A stretch of DNA of 64,000 nucleotides from Geosiphon pyriformis uo1 (lineage: Eukaryota > Fungi > Glomeromycota), in contig JAAOMT010000198.1 in assembly GCA_016748015.1 (NCBI GenBank), forward strand, positions 46,797 through 110,796, in the 5' to 3' direction. Below, piece by piece: positions 1 to 12,855 of the stretch (the first letter of the stretch is position 1; each line of letters begins with the position of its first letter). Position numbers and translations under genes: made by a program. The notes beneath the pieces were generated by a model. The model saw only the letters and a list, made by a program, of their open reading frames with translations. It ran no database searches and had not been told where the DNA came from.

Positions 1-353
1 CATTAAACTAGATACAGAGGGAGTATACATTTTATATCGCACAATTGACAGGCATTTGAAATTATTTTCAATACTTACGAAATTTCAAAAGCAGAAACGT
101 ATTAAATAGCCCAAGTTTCATCTTAATAATGGCTGAAAAAAACTTTATTTTTTGATGAAACAACATTTCAACTGTTCCCAAACACAATTCAACATTGGTA
201 CAAGGAAGAAGTAGCGCTTTTAACAAGATAACGATCCCAAGCATGCCAGTTGAGTAGCTAAGGGATTTCTTGCAAAAAATATATCCCAAAATTAATGACT
301 GGCCGTTCTGCAGTCTAGATCTAAATCCTATTAAAAATCCGTTGGCCGCCTAA
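1..353 (+). mobile_element. Tc1/mariner (IS630-Tc1) transposase remnant, internally deleted pseudogene
   Basis: Manual translation gives FDETTFQLFPNT (151-), F*QDNDPKHAS (218-) and, after a frameshift, WPFCSLDLNPIKN (300-). These match the three Tc1 DDE motifs (FSDE / FQQDNxPxH / WPxxSPDLNPIE). The first and second Asp are too close, indicating an internal deletion. Confidence 0.8.
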
Positions 354-1467
354 ATATTGATGATTCGGAACGATATATAATTTAAGTAACGGCGTTGCGA
401 GTTGATTATCGAGATATATTTATTTAAATTGATTGTAGGGCCTGAAATCTCAAAAAAAGAACCCAATTTGAACTTTCAAAAATCAGTATTATAAGGTTGA
501 AAAATGAAAGTGGCAGGTTCGTCACGTAAATTTTATTCACCAATTTTTCCTTATAAAAAGGAAGAAAAAAAGAAATATTTATTTTCTATTCAAATATATA
601 TATATATACATATATCTTTTACGAATAAAAGAAATCTAAGTCTATTCTTTTTTCCTTTTTCCTTTTTCCTTTTTCCTTCCCTACTTATTTGGACTGAAAA
701 ATCCATTCGCATCTTAATGTATTTTTCCTTTTTTCAAGATTCACGATATAAATAATTAGGACATGATTTTTTTTAAACTAAAAAAATTTCAATTAGTAAT
801 TAGCGCAACTACAATCAAAGTTATTTTTGAACTCCAATTCAATTGCAAATTATTATTAAGAATCTTTGAAATCGTTTGATGTTTGACACAAGAAAAACTT
901 TTTTTTATCAAACGAAACTTTTTTTTTCTAAATTAGAAAAGATTTCACAAACAATTTAGTGCATTACGAATTTACATATTAGAATTTTTAACTTATTTAC
1001 ATATTAAAATCTTCCTTAGGGTGGTAATATAATTTAAGAAACGAAAATATTTTTCAAAAAATAGAATGTACGAAAATGGGTGATTGTAATCGAAATTTTT
1101 AAAAATCATGCAAGGAATAGAACGCGAAAACGAAAAAAAAAAGAACGTTAGACAGACAGAACAGAACAGAACAGAATATGAATTAAAAAGGTTAGAATAA
1201 AGAAAGGGACTTTGAATAAAAAAACTTAAAAATTTTTTTAAAGCTTATGGGATATTTACAAGTGGCTTTATATCTTAATTACTTAGATTATCTACAAAGT
1301 TCCTATGGTTGATTTTTAAAAAGGGTGTTTGGAAGGGGCTGAAAACCATGTTTTGACCGATTAAACGGGTATATCTTGGGATTTAAATTATTATTATTAT
1401 TATTATTATCATTCCCCATTTGAATGATTATTGCTCTCTTTAGATTATAGAATAATGGGTCGATGAA

Positions 1468-3007
1468 TCAAAATTTGCCAATAGACCATCCAATTCCGAC
1501 CGCACACAAATATTTAAAAATAGTCACGATACATTTGAGTGATTTGTTTGTCTTTGTTTTTCGTGTAGCAAACCCATTAGCTGTGTCATTTGATCGATTT
1601 GCTTTGATGATTTGAGCAATTCCCATTACAAATCCAGCCAACACCAAAGCACGTTTCCAGTTACAGCATAAATTAGCTCTAATGTGTGATTGGTCTTCTC
1701 CATGTTCATTTTTGGACTCTTGCTTTTCAATAAACGCCTGTTGCTTATTTTGGCGTTTTTTAGGAATTTCCAAGTTCCAATTTGACAGATTCACATTGTT
1801 TTGCGTAATGTTCTGCCAAATACAAGTTTTTTCATAATCAACAATCTCTACGGCATCATTTGATTCTAAAGCGGTGCATAAAAATCGTCGAAACTCATTC
1901 TCGAGATTTTCACAACTTCTTCTATATGCAATTTCAAGTTTTGGTGACATTGTTGGAGGATTTGAGAATTCTTGGTCATTCTCAAATATTTCATCTTTCA
2001 CTTGAAGCTTCTTTGAACAAAGTTTTGAAAGGGCACATTTTGGACATGTCCCACAAGAGCAAGGAGAACTTAGTGTTTCGTCAGAATAAACTGTTTCGCC
2101 TGAATCACTTGATGATGATGATGATGATGATGCTAAACTTCCAGAGCGAGCCCGAGATCCTTTAATTAAGATAATTTGTTTATCTCTATCTTCTATAATT
2201 GGTGTATGTAGAGCTTCTTGGGCTTGATTTAAAAGGCTTTGTAATTTGTTGCAGATTCGATCCAAAGATGGGTCATTTTCTTCCATGTTTTCTGAATCAT
2301 TAATTAATGAAGGTTTCGAAAAGTCTTTAACCGAATCAAATTTTGTTAATTGATTTTCTGGTAAAAAAAATTTCTTATCTTCATCCGTAAAGTTTAACAT
2401 TGTTTGATTATATTTTATATTGTTATTTTTTGTTTGGTCATAGGGTTTGCTGATACAATGAAGTAAAAAGTGACAAAAATGGATTTAACTTATTATTAAT
2501 ATTATAATTATTATAATTATTATTATTATTATTATTATTATTATCATTATTATTTTTATTTTTATTTTTATTTTTATTTTTATCAATTTTTATCAATCAA
2601 ATACGTGAAGAAAAATTAAGCAAACAATTGAACATACCTTTGTTCTTTTACATAAGATTTCACCCTACCAAAGCTTTGCGCTCTAAATGAAAGAAAAGTA
2701 TTAGTGTTATTATTTTTTGAGAATTCGGGCTTTCTTTTTTTCAAAAACTTGAAGAAAAAGGTAAGATTTTAACATACGAAAACAAACGATATTCTAATTC
2801 GGCTGCCAATGCTCTCGTTTTGCGAGATTCCATTTGTAAATTTTCCAATAAATTTTCAGTAGATATCTAACATTCATAATTATTAAAGTGAATTTTGAAA
2901 ATAATAATTTGAAAAAATATTTCTTGCAACGTTTTTCTTACCATTTGTCTAGTTTTTGATTTTCTCTGTTTTATTTTGGTAGTCTCAATTTTTTCCATAA
3001 AAATAAT

Positions 3008-3047
<40 letters not shown>

Positions 3048-3175
3048 GTAAATTCTTCTTCTTCTTCCAAATCATAATCTTGGATCCAAGGTAAAAAGAT
3101 GTCCTCTTGAAGAAAATTTAAATCAATGTTTAATGGAAATTCCATTAAGCTATCACAATCAAAGTTTGTAAACAT
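1468..3175 (-). CDS. Four-exon hypothetical protein with poly-Asn/poly-Ser tracts, a CxCxxCxxC cluster and two C-terminal hydrophobic segments
   Basis: ORF 3175-2942 ends at a GTAAG donor. Exon ~2866-2778 reads ISTENLLENLQMESRKTRALAAELEYRLFS and exon ~2682-2638 reads AQSFGRVKSYVKEQ. The last exon runs into the 310-aa ORF 2400-1468. All junctions are GT-AG. Confidence 0.7.
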
Positions 3176-5595
3176 TTTCCTAAATTTTCCTTTTTCCTTT
3201 TTTTTTTTTGAAAATTCTCTGGTATTTTATTTAGATTTTTGACTACGTCATAAAAGTTTTCAATGATCCCATTTTGGAAGGAGCATTATGTGATGGCCAC
3301 ATGTGTTTAATGCTGTGCAAAGTTTTACGTCCTTATTGAAATGTGTCATCACAAATGTAGAACAAATCGAGAAAAAGAGTTGAAATTCATTTAGTTTCAT
3401 TATCATTAAGTATGGTTAATTATTGATTGAAAGCTTCTTTTTCAATAATTATGATTATTATTCTGCATTATTATTATTATTATTATTATTATTGATGATA
3501 TTAAGGATTCTCTTTTTTGCTGTTAAAATTAAACTTAATACAAACGAAACGATTGTTTTGAAAGAGATTTTCAAATAGAGCCATTCAAATAATGAATTAG
3601 TTAAAAATATATATATATATATGTTAGTGATACATTTAGTTGTATATATTTTTTTTCTTTTTTCCGAATTCTTGAAATTTTTATCGTTTTTCCCATCTTT
3701 TTTACGTAAATTTAATATTCGTTTTTAATAATAATAAACGCTTTATAATTCTAATTTCTCCTGTTAAATAATACTCTTTTTTTTTGATAAGCATTATTCA
3801 GATCTATTTAACTCATTCTCTATCACATGTCACCTGAAATTTTCATTTGGCGATTAGGGGAAGGGGTGTAAAAACAACCAGTATATTTAAAAAAGACCTC
3901 CGTTTCAAACATGTGATATCCTTTTAGCATTAAATGACGTATTGGTATACTAAAATCAAATTTCTTAAAATGATGCAATCAAAAATCTTGAGATGATTTT
4001 ACAACTTTTTTTAGAATTTAAAGAAAAAAAACTTTGTTCTCAAAGATTTTTGTTAAAAATTAAATAAAATAAAATAAATTAAATTTAAAGTAAAATGAAG
4101 ATCTCACAATTTATCATTTATTTAATTCTTGTGAATTTAAAAAACCTTTCAAATTGAGATGAAAATTTGAGATCGGTTTCAGTTTTTTTAACGAATACAA
4201 AATTTCATTTGAAAAAATATTTATATATATTCAAAGTACAAAAATTTTGATATGAGTCATATGATTTAACAAGTGAAACAAATAATCAGAATATTCGAAA
4301 AAAGAACATAGGATATTATTATTATAAGATTATTTACCAAAAACGTTTTTATTTATTTACTTATTTACTTATTTACTTATTTTTAACTTATAATTTGTGG
4401 CTAAAAAGTTACATATTATTAGATTTAAATCTTTTTTGTTTTGTGCATTGCCATTTGTATCACACGTTTTTTATCTTGTCAAGAAAAAAGTTTTTGTGTT
4501 TCTGATGTAACTTGTTTCGTTTATTTGCGTAAAAAAGAAAATTTAATCGAGCTTGAAATCAATTAGATTAGATTATTGATAAATGACTAATGCAAATTTT
4601 GAAATTTTATCTGGTTAATCCAATTAACCTAAAACATGAATTGAATTGAATTGAATTAAATTAAATTAAATAATGTTAAAAATTTTGGCTTTGCATTACT
4701 GTGGGTAAATTTGAAAAAAAATTTTACACTGCTGACAAAATAAAATAAAAAGCCCTATCAGTTACAGAGATACTTTTAAAAATTCCTCATATTTAAAATA
4801 AAATAAAAAAAGATTTACGCTTCTAGCCTTTTTTCCATGTGCTTTTCATGTGATTTTTATCAATTCCGCTTACCAAAAAGTTTTATTTCAATTGGTTTTT
4901 TTTTCACAAAAAAAAAGTTATCATTTACCAGGGTTGCACGTTATTTATCTTTTATGCAACAAATTTTGATTTTCTATAAATTTGTGTTTATCAGGTGTCT
5001 CACTTGTGCCCAAATCTGTTCTTTTATTACATTATCGCATCATTGCATTTACCTTTAATTGTAATACTTTTTTTATTTTTTTTTGAGATTGTGATGACCA
5101 ATTATGATAAAAAACCTTTCATTGATTATTATATACATTCTTGTACCTCTATTTTTTTCGGAATCTTGATAATTTTTTTCCCACTCAATAAAGACTCAAT
5201 TTCAGGAAACCCTAATAAATTTGGGGATATATTTAACAAAAGTGGTATGTCAAGTAAAGGTTCCAATGTAAAAGAAAGCAAAGCAATATTCACTCTAAAT
5301 TCTATAAAGACACGACGGAAACTTTGTTTTACGTATTTGGTGCAATATTTGAAGTTTTGGGTTTCAAGAATTTTCGAGTCTTTTGGATATACCCTTTGTT
5401 ATTTCAAGTATATGAAAAACAAAATAATATTGATAAAGCAAGCAAAAAAAAAAAAAAAAAATTTTTCATAACCAATAAAATTGGCTAGTTTAAATATAAA
5501 ATGTTCAAATTTTATTCATGCCATTTAAATTTTTAAAGAAAAACCTCTCAATTTAAAAGTACCCGACACTTGAACCATTCAATCATTTTAATACC

Positions 5596-6254
5596 TCAAA
5601 TTTTATACATGACATCAGTTCTAATAACATATTTTCTTCCTTGTCGAACGACAGAACCTTCATTTAACAAAGAATGTTCAAAAATTAAAATCATTCCTGT
5701 TCTTGGCACAACTTTAACCACTTTTGAATGGAATCCAAAACTCATAAACGAAGTTTCCCCACCTTCAAAACTTTCATTCAAGTACAATTCTACACTCACA
5801 CAACTTCTTTCCGATCCATCAGGCCTTTCATAAGATCCATCATAATGCGCTCCAAATTTCTCTCCGGGATCATATCTTAGAAATCTCAGACATTCACTTA
5901 ACCCTGACACCGATTTACCTTCCCAAATTGCGGGTACAAAGGGTTTAATTCGGCGCCAAATTTCAAAGATAATTCAGAGTCATCCCGAATATATCGAGAA
6001 CTATCTCGGACGTCGGTCATTAATTTTTGTTGACCATGACCAATGTTGACTAGTGCTGGTTCGTATTTACTTTTTTCTGAAAGGTTAATTAGTTGTTGAC
6101 ATTCTTCTGGAGTGAATACTTTTTCAATGGTCAAAGCTGATGGTATTTTGCTATTCTTGCGGCTAGATAGATCTTCAGCGTTTAATAGACTTAGATCCAA
6201 TGGTTCAGGGAATAAATCAATTTTTAATGGATTCTTGCAAAGAAATTCTGCCAT
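5596..6254 (-). pseudogene. 2OG-Fe(II) oxygenase (prolyl-4-hydroxylase-like), frameshifted, intronless
   Basis: Motifs VFTPEECQQLI, LRFLRYDPGEKFGAHYDG (HxD), LYLNESFEGGET, VPRTGMILIF and RKYVIRTDVMY. Adding one base at ~5961 joins the two ORFs as ...LSLKIWRRIKPFVPAIWEGKSVSGLSEC... Confidence 0.85.
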
Positions 6255-6702
6255 TTATGTTTTTCTTAAGGAATAAAAAAGTTGCAAAATTTTAAAATGT
6301 GAGAATTGTTCCATTTTTATATGAGAATTGTTTGATTTTTTATATATGAGAATTACTCCATTTTCTATACGCGTAAAAACAATTTTTGGAAAAGAATTTC
6401 CTGCGTACAATTAGTTTTTATTCTTAAATTTCGTTAATAATCAAGCTTGAAAGCAAGAGTTCGACGGTGTATTATGTTTTAAAAAAAAAACCTGATTTCT
6501 TCTGCAATCATTTATTTTGCTTAGCCTCACAGAATCAAATAAATCACTTTCTTTTTTGGTTCACAAAGTAATTTCAAATGATAGGTGTAACAGTGACACA
6601 ATTATTGTATTTAAAGTTCGAAAAAGAAAGAAATTCTTATGTCCATGTATAGTTTTTTGGGGAACAAATGAAAAATTGATATCGTTCTGTTCTTAATGAT
6701 GT

Positions 6703-6705
<3 letters not shown>

Positions 6706-6770
<65 letters not shown>
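6706..6770. repeat. (AAT)n microsatellite
   Basis: About 20 AAT units with one interruption. Similar (TTA)n tracts lie at ~1388-1408, ~2490-2555, ~11398-11448 and ~29414-29455. Confidence 0.95.
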
Positions 6771-6772
<2 letters not shown>

Positions 6773-8100
6773 GCAGCAGATTCCAATGATATAGAGATTT
6801 TCTTATTAATTTCCCACTTTATAATAAGTAAAAATACTAATTTAGCTGTAAAATAATGAAATCATTTTGATTTTTGATAATTTTATCTGTATATTCCTAA
6901 TTGTTAGATATATAAATTCAAATTTATTTAAAACTTTTTGAACATAAAAAATATTCATTTTAAAATATTGTTTGAGAAAATCTTTGATTTCTTTATAATA
7001 TAAAATTTTGATTTTGAAACTTGGAAATGAGTTCATTTAATTTTTGTTTCTACCAATCAAACATTAAATTTTCCATTCAAAAACTATGAAATATATGAAT
7101 GATTCTTCAAATTCTTGGAATTATGGTTCTTAAATGTTTCATCAAAAATAGTTATAGATGGTATATTTTTTGAGCATCTATTTGTTAATTTTTAAAGCTG
7201 ATAATCTCTCCAAATAAAATTTAGCTTTTCACAATCGCCTATTATTGTGAAAGTTGTATCCATTATTTTATTCAGAAAACCCGTCATTTTAAACAAAATT
7301 GAATTTACAATTTATGGTGCTCTTATGATTCTAAATTTTAAAGCAAATAAAAATTTTGCGAAAAATTAAAGTAGGTACATCAAACAGGGATAGCTTCGTT
7401 TATGGGTTAGCTGGATTTCAGGATCTTGTAGAATCCCAAAGCTATTTTTTTCTTCAGTAGAGGGAAATTTGATATAAAATAATACAGAATTTAATACTGA
7501 ATACAAAAATCTAATTTAATTCAAGTTTCCAAAAGCTTTTTTTTCGGAATTTCCATAATTTATTAAAAGTATCATGAGAATAGCCCCATAATTGAATCCT
7601 GCAGCTTATTCAGTCGATAGAAAATTCTGTTGAATAAAAATTTAGAAACTTGAATATTATTAGTCACATTTTATTCGGTCTGAATTATTTCAGATAATAA
7701 TCTTTATAAAAGAATCACCTTGGAGCTGAAATGGCTGAAATGGCTGAAATTTAAACGTTCTTTCTTTTTTTCTACTATGAGAACAAAAAAAAATATCTAA
7801 TGAAACTAGAGAATAAAGTTATACTTACAAAAACAACATTATTAACTATAGGATATTAAAGAATTACAGCAATTTAATATTGTTTAATTTTAATCATTAT
7901 GATTGCGATCTGGGCAATACGGAAAAAAAAATTCTTCGGAATAAACTACATGTTTTACGGTTTTGATTGTTTTTAATATTAATAAAACTTCCAATTTAAG
8001 AACAATATTTTGGTCATTTCTTAAAAAAAAAAAAAAAAATATTCTATTATCCCATATTCATTATCACTTTTTTATGTAAATTTTCTCTTCAATTTTAAAA

Positions 8101-9553
8101 ATGAAAAATCATAAATCTTTCTTTGCCCTAATACTATTACTTAATCTATCCTTGGGAATCTTTCTTCTTCATATTTACTTTAAAATTTCAAAAAATTTAC
8201 TTAATTCAGTAAATGAAATTACTCTCAAGTCTTTATCACGATTTAACTCTTCAAATTCTCCAAACATGAGGCAAAAAGATTTCTCAGATTTCTTCCAGAA
8301 ACATTCTATATCTAATGCTCAAACTTATTCCAAACCAGAATCTTCCTTAAGAAATGAAAAGAGGATTATGGTGCCGGTCAAATATAAAATAAAAAGTCCT
8401 GAATATTTAAATTTTTTATCAAATATGGCAAAATACGCGCATGGATCATATTGTGTTCCTGAATTGAATGAAAACATTATTGCTCCAGGAGTTTTTGGTG
8501 AGCTATGAATATAAATTTTATTATTATATAGACGAGTCATATATCAAAATTTTTCCTTCTTCTCAAAATCATTCCAAATATGCAGCCTGGATAGGTCCGG
8601 TAAATTCTAAAAAATTTACCCCATTTAAAAGTATCAAAAAAAATTCCCTCCCAAAGTCAAAACCTTTAAAATCAAACAAAAAACAAATAATCTCCGTATT
8701 TCGAGCATTATATATAAACTATGAAAGTCTCATTCTCATTCAATCAAAATCAAAAAGTCTCATCAGACTACAAAATCGGATGGGTTCAGCAATTTTTGAA
8801 CCATTTTATTTAAATTATTGGCTTTTGTCAAATGATCTCATTTTACCGAGATTAAAGCTCTTCGTAGATAAGGCTGAGAATATTAACGAGTATACATTTT
8901 CATTTACTGGACATGGTTATGGTGCTGGTATTTATATTCCTTTTTTGTCTATTTGCTTGTTTGTTTCTTTGTTTTTTTGTTTGATCCAAATTTTGATTTA
9001 AAGAAAAATTTATTAATAAATAATCTTTCTAATTTATTAAATTATATTTTTAAAAGTGCTAGCAATATTCGCGGCTCAATTATTACGTGAAACATATAAA
9101 AACCCATATATAAAAATCACCGTAACAACATTCGGTGCACCACGATTCGGAAACCATGCATATGCTACTTTATATCTTCCAACGTTATTCACAATTGACC
9201 GAGTAACATTCGAAGATGATCACGTTCCATTGTTTTTCTCTGAATTTTTATTTCATGATATGGGTGAGATTTGGATAACTGATCATTGTGATTGTGTAGA
9301 ACCTCACCCTCAGCAACCATATGATGTTACAATGTGTATGTCTAGTCCGGTAATGGTCAATAGGGTAAATAATAAAGTTTCTGTTTTAGGTATTTGAAAG
9401 TTATAATTTTATGTTAAAACTTAATTTTTGAATAATTTTTAGCTGTGTAATCTTCAATATGAACCACAATTTAAGTTACCTCCCAGGAAAAGTTCCAGCG
9501 CCCATTTAGGACCTTATTTCGGATACCGAATGGGAAAAATGGGGTGTTCATAA
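8101..9553 (+). CDS. Lipase class 3 (alpha/beta-hydrolase) family protein with N-terminal signal/anchor; nucleophile Ser replaced by Gly
   Basis: Proposed exons 8101-8497, 8532-8927, 9057-9364 and 9443-9553; the first intron is only 34 nt and less certain. Motifs: AKYAHGSYC, FTGHGYGAVLA (GHSLG-equivalent), TTFGAPRFGNHAYA, RVTFEDDHVP, EIWI, AHLGPYFG. Confidence 0.85.
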
Positions 9554-11395
9554 TGAATTTTCACTAATCATTTAGTTTATGGAAGAAGTTTGTAGGATTA
9601 ACTAAAACCGAATGTGATTTATGAGTGTGAAAAATTTCTATTCAAATTTATTTGTAGATTTCATGGTTTGTCAACTTTCATAAGTATATATTATTGACTT
9701 TTTATAATTCAAATTTCTTATCAGTTCTTTGATTTTGTTGATAATTTTGAGGAGACATACTTTTTTGAAAAAGGCCAAAATGATTATAAAAAAAATACTT
9801 ATTATTATTTAAATTTTAATTCCAATTTTTTTTAAAATTAAAGTTATTGAAATCACTATTCATGGTCAGGTAAGACAGACTACAGATGAATAGACAAATT
9901 TTATATTGTTAAATCTTAAACGCGTAAAGAAAAGACATGAAATTTTTGTAAAGTGGCAAAAAAAAAATTCATGAGACTGTCCTCAGAAGAATATTTTGAT
10001 ATTTTAGAACAATTATCCTATCCTCTCAATATTTTCTATTTTTGAATTAAGTAAATTTTTTATTAAACATACAACAATATATATTTAAATTTAATAATTT
10101 AAATTTACACAAATAACTTTTAATATATTAAATATTTAGTGTTGTTTTACTATTTTTAAAATAATTTTCTCTTTGATAAAATTTTTTTACAAGTATTGTA
10201 ATTATTAAAAATTAAATTTTGTACTTGATTTTTTAAAAAACAAGTTTTTTTTAATAGTTTTATTAAACTTATAATAACAACTATTAATAATATAGAAAAT
10301 TAATCAACAGTTTAAATATATAAAACAGAATCTATAAATTAAAGTTTTGTTATTCATTTTTATTTATTTTTTAATAAATTTATTATTTTGCTAATAAAAC
10401 TAATAAGACTTTATATAAATAAGTCAAAATTGAATTGTTTTTAATTATATATTAAAAATTATTAATTTAGCTTAATTAGTTTTTTTGAATACAACTTCAT
10501 AATTTCGTATTAAAAAGTTTTTAATATCTGTTTTTCTTTTTTTTATTGGGTTTTTTTGTTTACTAACAAAAATTTGATTTTGAACAGTTTTTTTTAAATA
10601 ACTTTTATATTAACTTGATTTTATTATTATTATTAATAGATTTCTAATTTCTGTAGTAAATTAAACAGATTTTGCATTTATTGCTAAGAAAATACAAGAA
10701 TTAATTATAACTAAAAAATAAGTTTTTTATTTATTATTAAATTTTTGTTGTTTGTTTGCATATTTTTTAATAGTTTTTTTATTGTTAAAAGTTATAAAAC
10801 TAATTCAGTTTTTTATTGTTTTTTTTTATTTTTATTTTCAGTATTATCAAAATGTTTCGAATCTTTATTATTAATGTTGTTTTTGAATTTTTATTACTAT
10901 TAAACTATTTTTAAAAGCATTATTTAATATTAATACTTAACTATAATTAATTTTTTCTATATTTAATTGTAAGTTTACAGAAATTATAATTTAATAAAAC
11001 TTTGGGTTTTTTTAATTATTTATTTTCAATAATAATTATATAATTTTTTTGTTTTTAATATTTTTATATTAATTTTAATGCATATTTTATTAATTTAAAC
11101 TAAAATAGCTTTTTTAATACCTAAACTCTTTTTTTCTATGTATATTGATTATATTGAAAATTTATTTATTTATTTATTTTAATTTTTTTTAAAAAAGAGT
11201 TTAAGTATCATACTAATTAAAAAATTATTATCTAATATAAAATATTTAGCTATTTAAACTTTAGTAAAAGCATTTAATATTTTTTTATAAAATTTTTGAC
11301 TATTAAATAAAACCAAATTTTTGAACTATTTCAAAAAATTTTAGCTTTGGTAAATTCTTAAATGTTTTTATTTTCAATGTTTTATTCTTGTTGTA

Positions 11396-11450
<55 letters not shown>

Positions 11451-12855
11451 AAAGTTAAAATTAAAAAAAGTTTTTTCTTGTTTGTATTTTTATTTTCAAA
11501 AAGTTTGCTTATTAGTTTAAAGACTAATATTTAATTGGTTTAATTAAAAAATTCTCTTTAAAAAAATTTATATAAGTCTGATTAAATCTTTAATTAAAAA
11601 CACAATTATTATTTCTAAAATTTAAAATAAGTATTGAAAAATTATCACAATTTTATAATATATATTTTGTTGTTTACATTTATAATATATTAAAAAGTTT
11701 TGGTTTTATTATACTAAAATTTTTGTTTTTAATTAAAATAAAATTAATATTAAGATTTTTGAAGTTTTTAATTTTTTTGAATAGTTTAAGCTAATAGTTT
11801 CAAAAGTTATGTAAATTTTACAATCAGTTTATCTATTAAATGTTTTTTAAATTTTTAATATAAATAATAAATAAAGTAGCTATTTATAAAGCAAAAACAA
11901 ATACAAAAAGAGTTATTAAACAAAACATGTTTAAATATATTTTTTGATTATTTTCAATTTTTTGGGGTAATTTTATTGTTATTAAAATATTTTATAAAAC
12001 AAAAAAAAACAATAAAGCATATAAGAGATTAATTTTAATCTTTTTACAAAAAAATGAATTTTTTGTTTTTTTATCTAATTTTTTTCAAAATTTATTTTAT
12101 AAATTAACTTTTAAATTGTTTTTATATATTTAATAACTGTTTTTAAATTTTAGATTTATTATTTCAATTCTATTTTCTATTTTAATTTTAGAATAAAAGT
12201 TTTAAATTTTTTTTTAAATTAAGTTGTAAGAAATATATTATTGTGATTTGTATTTTTGAAAAATTATTAACCAAATTATTAAGCTGTATTAATAATTATT
12301 TTTTGTGTAAATTATATAAAAAAATATTTTTGAAAATATTTTTTAACTATTTAAAATCTATAATTAATATTATTATATTAACTAATTATTATTGTCTTTT
12401 CAAAAATTTTTATCTGTTTAATTAATTTAGTTTATTTTTTTAAAATAAAGATGTTTTATTAACTAAAATAACTTAAAATATTATTTAATTAATATTGTCA
12501 TTTTTGTTTTTAAAATCTTTTTTAAAACAAGTTTAATTGAAAAAATGGATAATATAAATTAAATAGATTTTGGTAAAATAATTAATAAAAAATCAATTCC
12601 AGAAATTTTGAAACTATCAATTAAACTGAATTTTAATTAAAAAACAAATTAAATAAGAAAATTAAATTTAAAATAATTTAAATTATTTTGGTTATAAACA
12701 ATAAAATAATCTTGATGTTTTGTTTATACAATAATAAATAAATTAAAAATTTTAATAACTTTACAAAAAGCTTTACTTTTGTGTTATAAGTTAAAGTAAT
12801 ATGTTAATAAATAATAATAATAATAAAATATATTAATATATATTAATATATAATC

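Noticed and set aside
4837-5471. ORFs of 73 and 158 aa
   Set aside because: They are F/I/K-rich, with no motifs or splice support; probably spurious ORFs in AT-rich intergenic DNA.
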